32,000 nt of DNA from an archaeon. GTDB taxonomy: Archaea > Iainarchaeota > Iainarchaeia > Iainarchaeales > CSSED10-239. Under the pieces are notes generated by a model. That model was not told the DNA's origin. It did not search any database and was given only the letters and a program-made list of their open reading frames with translations. Below are positions 1-9,642 of the stretch, piece after piece (position 1 is the stretch's first letter; each line of letters begins with the position of its first letter). Location of the stretch: contig DAOOUC010000003.1 in assembly GCA_035390665.1 (NCBI GenBank), positions 30,001 to 62,000 of the forward strand. The letters run 5' to 3'. The position numbers and the translations under genes were made by a program.

Positions 1-118
1 GAATTTTGTCCAATTCATATGATATCCCTTTTTTTAATTTTTTTTTGTTGTCTTGCACATTTTATAGTTTTATAAACTTAAATATAATATTTAGGTTACA
101 AAAACATTATAAATTAAA

Positions 119-1339
119 TTATTTATCAGATTTTAATTTTTCTTGCTGTTCTTTAGCTTTTATCATCTTTTGTAGCCCTTTAGCATCAAGAGTTAATCTG
201 ACTTTTCCTGTTCCTGCTGAAATTGGCTGTCCAACAATTATGTTTTCTGTAATTCCAACAAGGCCTTCAACTTCTCCATTAAATGCTGCATTGATTATAT
301 GTTTTACTGTTTCTTCAAATGAAGCTCTAGCAAATGGACTTTTCTTTTTACCTGTAATTCCAGTTCTTACAACTCCTTGTATTATTCCTGAAGAAGTCAT
401 CATGTCTGCTAAGATATACAAGTGTCTTGTATTAATTGCAATACCGTTAGTATCAAATGTAAACTTTAATTCTTTAACAATTGCATCTCTTGCGGCTTCA
501 ACACCAAATGCCTTATATATTTCAAAAATATCATTTGTTATTGTTCTGTAAGTATCAACACCTTCTACTTTTAGAACTTCTTTTAAGTTTGATCCTTTTG
601 TTTGAATCATTTTTTCTCCGTTCTTTTCTATAACAACGGCTTTTTCAATTCCTTTAACTCCATATAATTGAATTTTATTCCATTTTAATATTGCTTTTCT
701 AATATCATAAAGTGGAGTTTTATTTCCAAAATGTAAATTTATTTGTTGCTTATTGTTTGTAAATCTTTTAGAATCATATACTGTTGTTTTGGCTTTAGCT
801 TTTGATTTTGTGTCTTCTTTTTTATCATTATCAATTTTTTCATAAATTGATTCCATTACTTCTTCTTGATCTAAACCATAAATACTTGCTTTTTCTGAAT
901 CAAATTTAAATGAAACTACTCTTTCGGTGTAATTTTCAATAAAAGTCCCTACATCTCCAATCTTAACATCGACTAAATTTTTACAAAAATTATCAACATC
1001 TTTGTCTTTTTTTATAATTTCTCTATTAAGATAAATCTTCATGGATGGATATCTTGCTTGTGAACGAGCATCAACAATTTCAATAACTCTTTGTATTCCT
1101 TGACCAACAGAAACTTCCAAAGAACCAGCATAGTGCTTTGTTCTAAGAGTTAACTGTGTTCCTGGTTCTCCTATTGATTGAGCTGCAATTAAACCAACTG
1201 CATCTCCAGGAACAACTAGGCCATCATTATACTTTTTTGTAACAATATCTAGAAGTTTCTTTTTCTTTTCAGTGCTTAATTTTTTTATACTTGCGTATTT
1301 TTCTATTTTTTCTACAATTGAAATTGGTAATGACTTCAT
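119..1339 (-). CDS. rpoA2: DNA-directed RNA polymerase subunit A'' (C-terminal part of the split largest subunit)
   Basis: 406 aa ORF with a trigger-loop-type motif ([21 protein letters not shown]). It lies directly downstream of A' in the conserved archaeal rpo operon order. A GTGAT SD-like motif sits 4-5 nt upstream of the ATG. Stop codon is TAA. Confidence 0.95.
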   Translation of the reverse strand: MKSLPISIVEKIEKYASIKKLSTEKKKKLLDIVTKKYNDGLVVPGDAVGLIAAQSIGEPGTQLTLRTKHYAGSLEVSVGQGIQRVIEIVDARSQARYPSMKIYLNREIIKKDKDVDNFCKNLVDVKIGDVGTFIENYTERVVSFKFDSEKASIYGLDQEEVMESIYEKIDNDKKEDTKSKAKAKTTVYDSKRFTNNKQQINLHFGNKTPLYDIRKAILKWNKIQLYGVKGIEKAVVIEKNGEKMIQTKGSNLKEVLKVEGVDTYRTITNDIFEIYKAFGVEAARDAIVKELKFTFDTNGIAINTRHLYILADMMTSSGIIQGVVRTGITGKKKSPFARASFEETVKHIINAAFNGEVEGLVGITENIIVGQPISAGTGKVRLTLDAKGLQKMIKAKEQQEKLKSDK

Positions 1340-1381
1340 TATATCACGTTTTTTTAAATTTCATTAAATTTTTTTAAATCT

Positions 1382-1412
1382 TTGCGCGCGAGCCCGAGCG
1401 AAACCGGCTCTA
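1382..1412 (-). repeat. GC-rich hairpin motif, copy A, beginning with the TAG stop of rpoA'
   Basis: Sense strand reads TAGAGCCGG-TTTCGCTCG-GGCTCGCGCGCAA. GAGCC and GGCTC can pair. It shares 9 + 13 identical flanking nt with copy B. It is a GC island in AT-rich sequence. Confidence 0.8.
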
Positions 1413-4001
1413 CTCGTTGAAGAAATTTATGTTCTTTCCAAGATATGATTTATCTGGGGAAAGTCCATCTTCTCCATACATGAACTGAATTACTTGTCCA
1501 TCAGCTGTTGTTACTTTTAGTTCATCATTGACTACAAGGTCTTTTAAAGCATTTGATAATCTTCTATAAAGATAACCAGATACTTTTGTAGCAACACCTG
1601 TATCGATTTCACCTTGTCTACCACCCATACAGTGACAGAAATATTCTCTTGGATTCATTCCATCAAAGAAATTACTTTGTACAAATCCATAATCCATCAT
1701 TTGATTTGTTCCTTTAGGACTTAAACTTAATAATCTATCAGAAAATCCAGCTTTTGGTCTTCCTGTTCTAACAGTAACTTGTCCCCAAAGTCCAAGCATA
1801 TTAGAAACATTTAGAACTCTTCCACGAGAACCACCAACACTAGCAAGTAGTATAGAATTATTATTTGTTTTCTTGGTTTCAGAAAATAATTCATCTACTT
1901 TTATTTCTAAAATCTTATCTGTAATCTTGTCTTTCATTTCTGCAGAGATTTTTAAAAGCTCATTTTCAAATGTTTCTTCAAGATTCTTTCCTGGAGTTAA
2001 TGGAAGTGTTCTATCTTCATATTTCTTAACAATTGCATTTGAACTTGCAATCATTCCTTTAACTTTTGCTTTAATTTCTTTTCTTAATTCTTCTGAAGCA
2101 TTGTATTCATCTAATGCAACAGTTAATCCTTTTTTAGAAACTGCAAAGAATACTAATTTTGAAAGTTTATAATAGAAATCAATTAATGTTTCATAACCAT
2201 AGTGTCTATAGATTGTTTCAATTAATGCTCTTGGAGAACCAATTTTTTCATCTATTACTCCTGAGATTATTTTACCTTTTTCAATTTTTAAATAACAATC
2301 ATATTGACATTTTTCTTTCTTACATTTCTTACAGTCTTTTGCTTTTGAAACAATTGAACATAATTTATTCTTGTATTCTATATAGAAATCTTTTGGTAAT
2401 ATTTGACTAAATAATAATTTACCTGAATAGTTTCCTCTTCCTCTGTCAGCCGTTGGAAGTTCTGTGATTCCAATAGAATATAATATTTCCATTGCTTCTT
2501 TTCTATTAAATTCTGTTGATTCTCTTGTTAAAATATATGCTGCTGTAATAAGATCGTGATCTGGAGTAATAACTGGTCTTCCATTTCTAATACTTATAAC
2601 GTGTTTTTCTGCAGCTAAAAGTTCTTTAACTTCAGAATAAGATTCTTCACTTTGTGGTACATGAAGATTCATATCATCACCATCAAAGTCTGCATTGTAT
2701 GGATCACAAGTTATTGGATTTAATCTAAATGTTTTTCCAGGTAATATTTTTGCATAGTGTCCCATCATAGACAATCTATGAAGTGTTGGCTGTCTGTTAA
2801 ATATTACAACATCTCCGTCTTGTAATCTTCTTTTAATTGTCATTCCTTCTACTAATAATTCTGCTAATTCTTCTTTATTTTCAGGAGTTATTATTTTTCT
2901 TGATCCTTTTTCTGTCAAGATATAACTTATATCTCCTTTTAATAATTGTGCTTTTAATCTTTCCTTATTCCATAATGTAACTTTCTCTGGAACTGTCAAA
3001 GTGTTTGCTACTTGTTCAGGTATTCCAAGCTCATTAAATTTAATATCTATTGATGGTGTTATTGTTGAACGAGCAGAAGCATTTACTCTTTTTCCTATTA
3101 GATTATATCTAAATCTTCCTTTCTTTCCTTTCAATCTTTGAGCAATTGTTTTTAATGGTCTTCCTGATCTTTGTTTTGCTGGCGGAACTCCTGCTGTGTT
3201 ATTATCAATATATGTTGTAATATTGTATTGTAACAGATCCCAAAGGTCTTCAATAATTATTTGTGGAGCACCTGCATTTATGTTTTCTTGTAATCTAATA
3301 TTAATTCTTACAATATCTAGCAATTTGTAAGTTAAATCATCTTCAGAAGTAATTACATTTTCTAAAGACAAAGAAGGTCTTATTGATACAGGAGAAATTG
3401 GTAAAACAGAAAGAATAAACCATTGTGGTTTTAATTTATCTGAATATCCAAATAAAAATAAATCCTTTTCTGGAACTTTTACTAACCAATCTAATATTTC
3501 TGCAGGATATAATCTTTCTCCATTTTTAAAAAAGTTTGTTGGTTTATCTAAAGCAATTTTATTTACTGCAGCTTTACAGTGTGGACATTTCTTTGTACCC
3601 TTTACTCTATTTAATATTTCTTTTACACATTTCTCATTATCTTCTGAAATAAGCATTAATTCATTTATCTCTGTTTCATCTAATAATAATTTTCCACAAT
3701 CTTGACAAGTTGATGCTAAAACATAATATAATTTCTCACCAAACTTTGGATGAACTGTTGGTCTTACTAATTCTAAAGAACCAAAGTGTCCTGGGCATGC
3801 TTTCATTGTCTGTCCACAAGTTTTACATCTAAGGCCTGGAGAGATAACACCTAAGTGAGGATCCATTAATCCTCTTTCTATAGGATAACCATCTTTATCA
3901 TAAGTATCTGCTCTTGTAATTTCAACAGCAGACATCTTTCTGATCATTTCAGGACTTAAAACTCCAAATTCAATGCTTTTAATTTTCTTTGATGTGTTCA
4001 T
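1410..4001 (-). CDS. rpoA1: DNA-directed RNA polymerase subunit A' (N-terminal part of the split largest subunit)
   Basis: 863 aa ORF. N-terminal zinc motif (CKTCGQ...CPGHFG) and catalytic Mg-binding motif (YNADFDGDDMNLH). GGTTGAT SD-like motif lies upstream. The TAG stop is fused to the GC-rich motif. Confidence 0.97.
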   Translation of the reverse strand: MNTSKKIKSIEFGVLSPEMIRKMSAVEITRADTYDKDGYPIERGLMDPHLGVISPGLRCKTCGQTMKACPGHFGSLELVRPTVHPKFGEKLYYVLASTCQDCGKLLLDETEINELMLISEDNEKCVKEILNRVKGTKKCPHCKAAVNKIALDKPTNFFKNGERLYPAEILDWLVKVPEKDLFLFGYSDKLKPQWFILSVLPISPVSIRPSLSLENVITSEDDLTYKLLDIVRINIRLQENINAGAPQIIIEDLWDLLQYNITTYIDNNTAGVPPAKQRSGRPLKTIAQRLKGKKGRFRYNLIGKRVNASARSTITPSIDIKFNELGIPEQVANTLTVPEKVTLWNKERLKAQLLKGDISYILTEKGSRKIITPENKEELAELLVEGMTIKRRLQDGDVVIFNRQPTLHRLSMMGHYAKILPGKTFRLNPITCDPYNADFDGDDMNLHVPQSEESYSEVKELLAAEKHVISIRNGRPVITPDHDLITAAYILTRESTEFNRKEAMEILYSIGITELPTADRGRGNYSGKLLFSQILPKDFYIEYKNKLCSIVSKAKDCKKCKKEKCQYDCYLKIEKGKIISGVIDEKIGSPRALIETIYRHYGYETLIDFYYKLSKLVFFAVSKKGLTVALDEYNASEELRKEIKAKVKGMIASSNAIVKKYEDRTLPLTPGKNLEETFENELLKISAEMKDKITDKILEIKVDELFSETKKTNNNSILLASVGGSRGRVLNVSNMLGLWGQVTVRTGRPKAGFSDRLLSLSPKGTNQMMDYGFVQSNFFDGMNPREYFCHCMGGRQGEIDTGVATKVSGYLYRRLSNALKDLVVNDELKVTTADGQVIQFMYGEDGLSPDKSYLGKNINFFNE

Positions 4002-4020
4002 CTTATCAACCTTTTAAATA

Positions 4021-4052
4021 TTGCGCGCGAGCCTCAAGCGTTGCCGGCTCTA
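4021..4052 (-). repeat. GC-rich hairpin motif, copy B, beginning with the TAG stop of rpoB'
   Basis: Sense strand reads TAGAGCCGG-CAACGCTTGA-GGCTCGCGCGCAA. It has the same GAGCC/GGCTC stem and the same GCGCGCAA tail as copy A. Confidence 0.8.
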
Positions 4053-5876
4053 GTCAATTTTATCTCCAAGTTTTAATTTTGGATATACTCCCATTGCTTT
4101 TAGTTCGTCAAGTAATAACTTGAAACCATAACTAATCTTTACTTGGTGTACATTTGTTCCATTACATACAGGACAAAACTTTTTGTTTCTTATCTTATCA
4201 TCAACTGCTGGAATTCCACAGTCTTCACAAACCATGATATTCATTTCATCAGCATCATCCATTAATTTTTCTTGCAGAGTCATTGCAGCACCGTGAGAGA
4301 CTAATGCTTCGCCTTCCATTTCACCGAATCTTAATCCTCCGCCTTTTTGCTTTCCTTCTGTTGGTTGTCTTGTTAATAATTGTACTGGTCCTTTGTCTCT
4401 TGCTTGTATTCTATTTACTACAAGGTGACTTAATAATCTTTCAAATGCAAGTGGTCCAACAAATATTGGCATCTCGATTTTCTCTCCTGTTCTTCCATCA
4501 TAGAAAATTTCTTTACCATCTTGTCTAAATCCATTTGCTTTTAATAATTCAAATACTGCATCTTTATCATTTAAGAAAGGAGTTCCATCTATTTCTTTTC
4601 CACTACTTGAAACAGCTTTACCTGCAATACTTTCAAACAAGTGACCAAGAGTCATTCTTGAAGGGATTGAGTGTGGATTTAAAATAAAGTCTGGTTTTAT
4701 TCCTTGACTTGTAAATGGCATATCTTCTTCTCTAATTACAGCACCAACAACTCCTTTTTGAGCATGATGACTTGTAAATTTATCTCCTACTTGTGGTTCA
4801 AGATATGTTCTTATTCTAACCTTACATAATTTTGTTCCAGAAATTGTTTCAGAAACCATTACTCTGTCAACATTTCCACTTAAGTGTTTTCTTGAACAAA
4901 CAGAGGTATCTCTTCTCTCTTCTGTAACAACTCCAAACTCAGAAACTTCTTCAACAAATCTTGGAGGAGATGTCATTCCGATTAATACTCCGCCTTCATC
5001 TACTGGAGACTCTAAATTTATAATTCCATTTTCATCTAAATGTTTATATGCATCTACCCCTCTATAACCGCTAGCTTCTTCAGTAGGCACCATAAACTTA
5101 TCTGTTTGCCCTGAAGGATATCTTACTTCATTAGCAGAATATGATCTATAATATGAAGATCTTGCAAATGCTCTTTGGATTGCTCCTTGATTAATAACAT
5201 ATGCATCAAGCATATTAAATCCTCTATAAGGCATAATTGCAACAATTGCATTTTGTATCATTGGTCTTTTTTCTGTATGCATTAATTTTTCTGTTCTTGT
5301 AGTTACTAATGGCTTTTGTGGATAATACAAACAATGCATTTCTGTATCAAATCTTAAATTATAATTTGCTGAAGGAATTCCTGCTGCTTGTTTATACAAT
5401 TTAGCACCGTGAATTGCTTTACCAGCCATGTTGTGTTCAATGAATGGTATCATTGAAGAAATAATACTAAAGATTCCTGTTCCAGAAATTTCAATATGTG
5501 TGTGATCTGGTGTTAATTCATCTTCAGTTAAAGCAACATAAGCATTTTCTTCTTCTTCAGCATCTAAAAATTCAACAATTCCTTTTGAAAGTAAATCTTG
5601 CCAAGAAATTTTTTTTGCTTTTATGTCTTCTAAGATTTCTGGAGTAACTCTTGATACACCTTTGTCTGCAACAATTAATGGTCTTTGTACACGTCCTGCA
5701 TCTGTGTTAATATATAATTCATTTGTAGTTTCATTATATGCAATATTAACTTGAGGATCAATTTGAAGAGCTCTTCTTTTTTTAATTAAATCTGCTCTTA
5801 ATTTTTCTGGATCATCATGGAATCCAATTATTCCACCGTTTAAATAAATTTTTGCTTTACCTGTTGCTTTTGCCAT
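4050..5876 (-). CDS. rpoB1: DNA-directed RNA polymerase subunit B' (C-terminal part of the split second-largest subunit)
   Basis: 608 aa ORF. Conserved GDKFTSHHAQKGV and LRFGEMEGEAL motifs, and a C-terminal zinc ribbon (CEDCG...CPVCNG). GTGAT SD-like motif upstream. The TAG stop is fused to the GC-rich motif. Confidence 0.97.
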   Translation of the reverse strand: MAKATGKAKIYLNGGIIGFHDDPEKLRADLIKKRRALQIDPQVNIAYNETTNELYINTDAGRVQRPLIVADKGVSRVTPEILEDIKAKKISWQDLLSKGIVEFLDAEEEENAYVALTEDELTPDHTHIEISGTGIFSIISSMIPFIEHNMAGKAIHGAKLYKQAAGIPSANYNLRFDTEMHCLYYPQKPLVTTRTEKLMHTEKRPMIQNAIVAIMPYRGFNMLDAYVINQGAIQRAFARSSYYRSYSANEVRYPSGQTDKFMVPTEEASGYRGVDAYKHLDENGIINLESPVDEGGVLIGMTSPPRFVEEVSEFGVVTEERRDTSVCSRKHLSGNVDRVMVSETISGTKLCKVRIRTYLEPQVGDKFTSHHAQKGVVGAVIREEDMPFTSQGIKPDFILNPHSIPSRMTLGHLFESIAGKAVSSSGKEIDGTPFLNDKDAVFELLKANGFRQDGKEIFYDGRTGEKIEMPIFVGPLAFERLLSHLVVNRIQARDKGPVQLLTRQPTEGKQKGGGLRFGEMEGEALVSHGAAMTLQEKLMDDADEMNIMVCEDCGIPAVDDKIRNKKFCPVCNGTNVHQVKISYGFKLLLDELKAMGVYPKLKLGDKID

Positions 5877-5884
5877 ATTATCAC

Positions 5885-7351
5885 TTATTCTTTAGTTACA
5901 TTTTCAGATTTTAAAATAGTTTTCAGATTTTCAGGATCTGTGTCTGTTGTAATCTTAGCCATCATAGCTAAGTTTTTTACAAGTCCACAGTTAGGACCAT
6001 CTGGAGTTTCAATAGGACAAAGTCTTCCCCAGTGTGTTCCGTGAACATCTCTTGCTTCATATAATTCTCTTGAAGAATCTAAAGTTGATTTTACTTTTCT
6101 TAAATCTGTTATTGGTGTAATAAAATTATCTCTTGACATGTATTTACTTACACCTGTTAATTGTCCAATCCAGTTGCCTGTACTAACTGCAAATAATATT
6201 CTTTCAGTAATTGCATCAGGTCTAATAACTGTATTGATATTTAATTTTCTATGTCTAGAAATTGTTCTATCAATCTGGAATTTTAAATCTTTTGTAAAGT
6301 GTTTAAAAGAAAATCTAAATAAGTTTTCCATTAATTTTCCAGATAATTCTAATCTCTTATTTGCATAATGGTCTTTGTCTGCTTGTGTTCTTAAGTTATA
6401 TGCTTTCTCTATTATCTTAACAGCCATTGCAACCATGAAGTGAGCTTTCATTGTTCTTGCATCTGCTTCTTGACCTAAGTGAGGAAGTAAGAAAGAATCA
6501 ATAACTTCTTTTGCTCTTCTAAGTCTATAGTTCTTTGTTTGACTTGGAGCAACAGATCTTCCTATCTTATCAAGTGCTTCTTCTTCTGATTGTAATTCTA
6601 TTTTATCTAAATTTAATAAAACTTCATTTTGAGAAATTTGATCCTTTGGAAATAATTCTAAAATGTGGCTTGGTTTTAAAAAACCTAATGCATTTAATAA
6701 TTCAATTAAGTATAATTTTCTTGGTGAGGATGGAAATGTTACAGTAAATAATCCATCTGCTGTTCTTGATATTCTTACTTTTCCTTTAAATGCTCCTTTA
6801 ACAGAAATTACTTGTGCATTAATTACTTCTTCTGTTTCATTAAGAAGAATTCTATCAAATGCTAAAACTTCTTGAGTGATTAATGCTTTTTCAGAACCAT
6901 TAACAATAAGATATCCACCTCTATCCATTGGATCTTCTCCATTTTCAATAAGTTCATCAGCAGTCATTCCATAAAGATTACATCTATTTGATTTTACTAA
7001 AATTGGCATTTCTCCAACATATGCTCTTTTTTCATCTTGAAGAACTCCTTTTCTATAAAGCTTAATATCAAGATAAATTGAACCAGAATAAGTAAGATTT
7101 CTAAGTCTTGCTTCCATTGGCATTAATCTAAATTTTGCTGTTCTGTCTGCTTCTACAATTTGTGGATTTGTTATTTCTACATTTGATAATGTTACATCAA
7201 CATTATTACTTGAACTAATAAATCCATTCTCTTCAACAATTTCAGGAACTTTTTCATCAATAAATTGATTAAAAGAATTTATTTGTTGTTGAACAGGACT
7301 GTACATATCATAATAAGATTCAACTACTGACCACTTGTCTAGATTTTTCAT
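5885..7351 (-). CDS. rpoB2: DNA-directed RNA polymerase subunit B'' (N-terminal part of the split second-largest subunit)
   Basis: 488 aa ORF whose C-terminus (RDVHGTHWGRLCPIETPDGPNCGLVKNLA) is typical of the Rpb2/beta fork region. It ends 8 nt before the B' start. The split-B arrangement is as in euryarchaeal and DPANN genomes. Confidence 0.95.
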   Translation of the reverse strand: MKNLDKWSVVESYYDMYSPVQQQINSFNQFIDEKVPEIVEENGFISSSNNVDVTLSNVEITNPQIVEADRTAKFRLMPMEARLRNLTYSGSIYLDIKLYRKGVLQDEKRAYVGEMPILVKSNRCNLYGMTADELIENGEDPMDRGGYLIVNGSEKALITQEVLAFDRILLNETEEVINAQVISVKGAFKGKVRISRTADGLFTVTFPSSPRKLYLIELLNALGFLKPSHILELFPKDQISQNEVLLNLDKIELQSEEEALDKIGRSVAPSQTKNYRLRRAKEVIDSFLLPHLGQEADARTMKAHFMVAMAVKIIEKAYNLRTQADKDHYANKRLELSGKLMENLFRFSFKHFTKDLKFQIDRTISRHRKLNINTVIRPDAITERILFAVSTGNWIGQLTGVSKYMSRDNFITPITDLRKVKSTLDSSRELYEARDVHGTHWGRLCPIETPDGPNCGLVKNLAMMAKITTDTDPENLKTILKSENVTKE

Positions 7352-7410
7352 AATTTTTCACATTTTTCTAATTATAATTATAGCATTGATTTATTTTTTT
7401 TAAGAAAAAA

Positions 7411-7842
7411 TTATATAGAAACAACCTTTCTATAATAAACAACATCTCCAATGGTTCTATTTTTTCTTGTAATCTTTATTACGTCTCCAACTTTAACTTC
7501 TAAATGAGCAATGCCAGGATCTGCAATAAAAATTAATGGTAGTTTCTCAGGATTTAGATTTTGTTCAGAAATAAGTTTATCTAATTCTTCTGAAGGAACA
7601 ATTTCATGCTTAGGAATATAAGAATGTTTTATTTCTTCCTTTACTTTTCTTGCTCTCTTCTTTACTTTTCTTTTTTTTCCTTTCCCTAAATCTTCTTCAT
7701 CATCATCTTCTTCAGCATAATCGAATTCTGCTTTTATTCCTGTTTCTTCAGTTTCTTCTGTTTCTTCAGGTAGTTTAATGTCAACGTCATCAATTGTAGA
7801 GTAATCATCTTCTAAACCGTAATCTGTTTTTATTCCTGGCAA
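7411..7842 (-). CDS. rpoH: RNA polymerase subunit H (Rpb5 C-terminal domain homolog) with a ~70 aa charged N-terminal extension
   Basis: The C-terminal ~70 aa (HSYIPKHEIVPSEELDKLI...GDVIKITRKNRTIGDVVYYRKVV) match the RpoH/Rpb5 core. It is the first gene of the rpo operon. The ORF has no internal Met. A TTG start at 7842 is preceded by AGGTG with a 5-nt spacer. Confidence 0.85.
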   Translation of the reverse strand: MPGIKTDYGLEDDYSTIDDVDIKLPEETEETEETGIKAEFDYAEEDDDEEDLGKGKKRKVKKRARKVKEEIKHSYIPKHEIVPSEELDKLISEQNLNPEKLPLIFIADPGIAHLEVKVGDVIKITRKNRTIGDVVYYRKVVSI

Positions 7843-8055
7843 ACTAACACCTTTTTTAATATTATGATTTTTCCTAAAATCTTAGTTTTTAACTATAATC
7901 TATGCTGATAGCAGGGTTTTAATTACACTTAAATTTGTAAAAATCGCTTAAATATAACTTAGAATTATAAAAAAACATAAATATAGCTAAACTAGATAGG
8001 AGCATAATATTATTTTTAGTTGCAAAACATTTATAAACACATATGTTTTTACAAT

Positions 8056-9588
8056 TTATTTCTTTTTCTTTAAACTTCTTTCTTCTTTTTCGTTTAATTG
8101 TGTTAATTTCTCAAATAGTTGTTTTTCCTTATTTGCCAAGGTTTTTATGTTTTTTTCTATAACTTTCCCTTGCTTAATTAATTGCTTTTTTAATTCCTTT
8201 TCTTCTTGTTTTATGCCTTTTTCTAGTGTCTTTCCTTCTTCTCTTGTGAAATGAAGAAATTGATTTAGGCCAAAAATTATTGGTTTTTGTAATAAAATAT
8301 TTTTAGGCAAATTTATTCTATTTGGATTTTGATCTCTAATTTTTCCTACAAAACCAATTGTAAATAATCTAAAAACAATGGATATTCCAAAAATTAATAA
8401 TAGCCCATATTTTTCACTACCAAATAACCAGAATCTGGGATTAGAAGAAATTATTCCGCCAAGTAAAGTTCCAAGAAGCATGGCTCCTGATTGAAATATT
8501 AAAAAGAAAGACATGTGGTGTATTAAATCACTTTTAATATTTTGATAAAAATAACCAAAGATTCCAAGAGTAAGTCCTGCCATTAATGCCCCATCTAAAA
8601 CATTTAAGAAAAATAAAAGCCAAACATTACTTCCAAAAAGAATAACTAAAAAAGGATATATTGGCAGAAATAAAATTATTGCTTTTAATACTTTAGTAGA
8701 ACCATACTTATCACAAATTTTTCCCCAATAATAAAAGCTTAATACTAAACCTAATATAGATGCAATTTCTAAAAAAACATACTGCTTATAACTAAAATTT
8801 AAAATTTCTAAAAAATAATATCTATAGTATGGTGCTGCAACATACATACTAAAATAAATCAATGTAACAATTAACAAAAAATATACAAATTGCTTATTTT
8901 TCAAAACAACTTCTTTGAAAACTTTAAATACTGGTTTTGATCTTTCTTTTGATTCTTTGCATAAACAATCTTGATCTTCTGTTTGACTCATTTTTTTCAT
9001 TACCATGTAAGAACCAAACCTAAATATTCCTGCAATTATAAAAATAAAGGTAAAACCTATTGTTGGATTTTTATGTATTGAGTCTAGTACAAAGCCGGCT
9101 AAAAACAAAGGAAGTATAGAAAATAAATTAAGTATAATCTGCTTTCTTGAATTATATTCTACAATTTTTGATGTATTAAATATTTTTCCAATCCACTCTC
9201 TGTATACACCTACAGGAAACTGTTCAACTAATGTTATTAAACAATAAAATAATATTACTAACCAAATTACTAATTTATCATTAAATAAATAACCAACAAT
9301 TGCTAATGGTATCCAAAAAAATGCTTGAAGAATTGTAAAAAATAAAATAAAATGTTTTTCTGATTTAAAATATTTAAGAATACTATATGAAAACAAAACA
9401 GAAAAAGAAGCTAAAAATAATGGAAGAGTATTTAATAATCCAATCTGTAAGGTGTTTGCTTTAAGTGTAATAAGATAAGGCACTAAAAAGACTACACCTA
9501 TATAATACATTACAGCCCAAGTTACTCCTTCAAGAATATAATATTTTAAATCTCTTTGCTGTTGTTCAGGAGTTTGTTTAAATTGCAT
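8056..9588 (-). CDS. Polytopic membrane transporter, MFS-like, with a K/E-rich C-terminal tail
   Basis: 510 aa with about 12 hydrophobic segments. An MFS motif-A-like loop (WGKICDKYGSTKVLK) is present. The last ~90 aa are a charged, coiled-coil-like K/E repeat. Confidence 0.55.
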   Translation of the reverse strand: MQFKQTPEQQQRDLKYYILEGVTWAVMYYIGVVFLVPYLITLKANTLQIGLLNTLPLFLASFSVLFSYSILKYFKSEKHFILFFTILQAFFWIPLAIVGYLFNDKLVIWLVILFYCLITLVEQFPVGVYREWIGKIFNTSKIVEYNSRKQIILNLFSILPLFLAGFVLDSIHKNPTIGFTFIFIIAGIFRFGSYMVMKKMSQTEDQDCLCKESKERSKPVFKVFKEVVLKNKQFVYFLLIVTLIYFSMYVAAPYYRYYFLEILNFSYKQYVFLEIASILGLVLSFYYWGKICDKYGSTKVLKAIILFLPIYPFLVILFGSNVWLLFFLNVLDGALMAGLTLGIFGYFYQNIKSDLIHHMSFFLIFQSGAMLLGTLLGGIISSNPRFWLFGSEKYGLLLIFGISIVFRLFTIGFVGKIRDQNPNRINLPKNILLQKPIIFGLNQFLHFTREEGKTLEKGIKQEEKELKKQLIKQGKVIEKNIKTLANKEKQLFEKLTQLNEKEERSLKKKK

Positions 9589-9642
9589 TTTTTTCTCTCT
9601 TTTGTTTATTAGAAATAGAAAGAGAAATATGTTTTTAAAGCT

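Noticed and set aside
1-19. Possible start of the next minus-strand gene (ATG at 19-17, reading MNWTKF...)
   Set aside because: Only six codons are visible before the window edge. That is too little to call, although a gene downstream of rpoA'' is expected in archaeal rpo operons.
6-551. 181-aa plus-strand ORF at the left edge
   Set aside because: It lies entirely antisense to the well-supported rpoA'' gene. Its composition is low-complexity F/L/I/S-rich, typical of antisense frames in AT-rich DNA.
1382-4052. TAG plus downstream hairpin as a recoding signal (PYLIS-like pyrrolysine insertion or programmed readthrough)
   Set aside because: Reading through either TAG does not join the downstream gene's frame. 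The proteins end where orthologs normally end. Another gene (the PIN gene, stop at 15027-15029) uses TAG without the motif. No pyl genes are visible in the window.
1382-4052. The two GC-rich repeats as a CRISPR remnant
   Set aside because: There are only two copies, 2.6 kb apart, separated by an essential gene. The centres differ and no cas genes or leader are present.
1873-6875. Plus-strand ORFs 1873-2172, 2159-2410, 4283-4528, 6138-6368, 6535-6747 and 6663-6875
   Set aside because: All lie antisense inside the rpoA', rpoB' or rpoB'' coding regions and have no recognisable motifs. They are treated as spurious.
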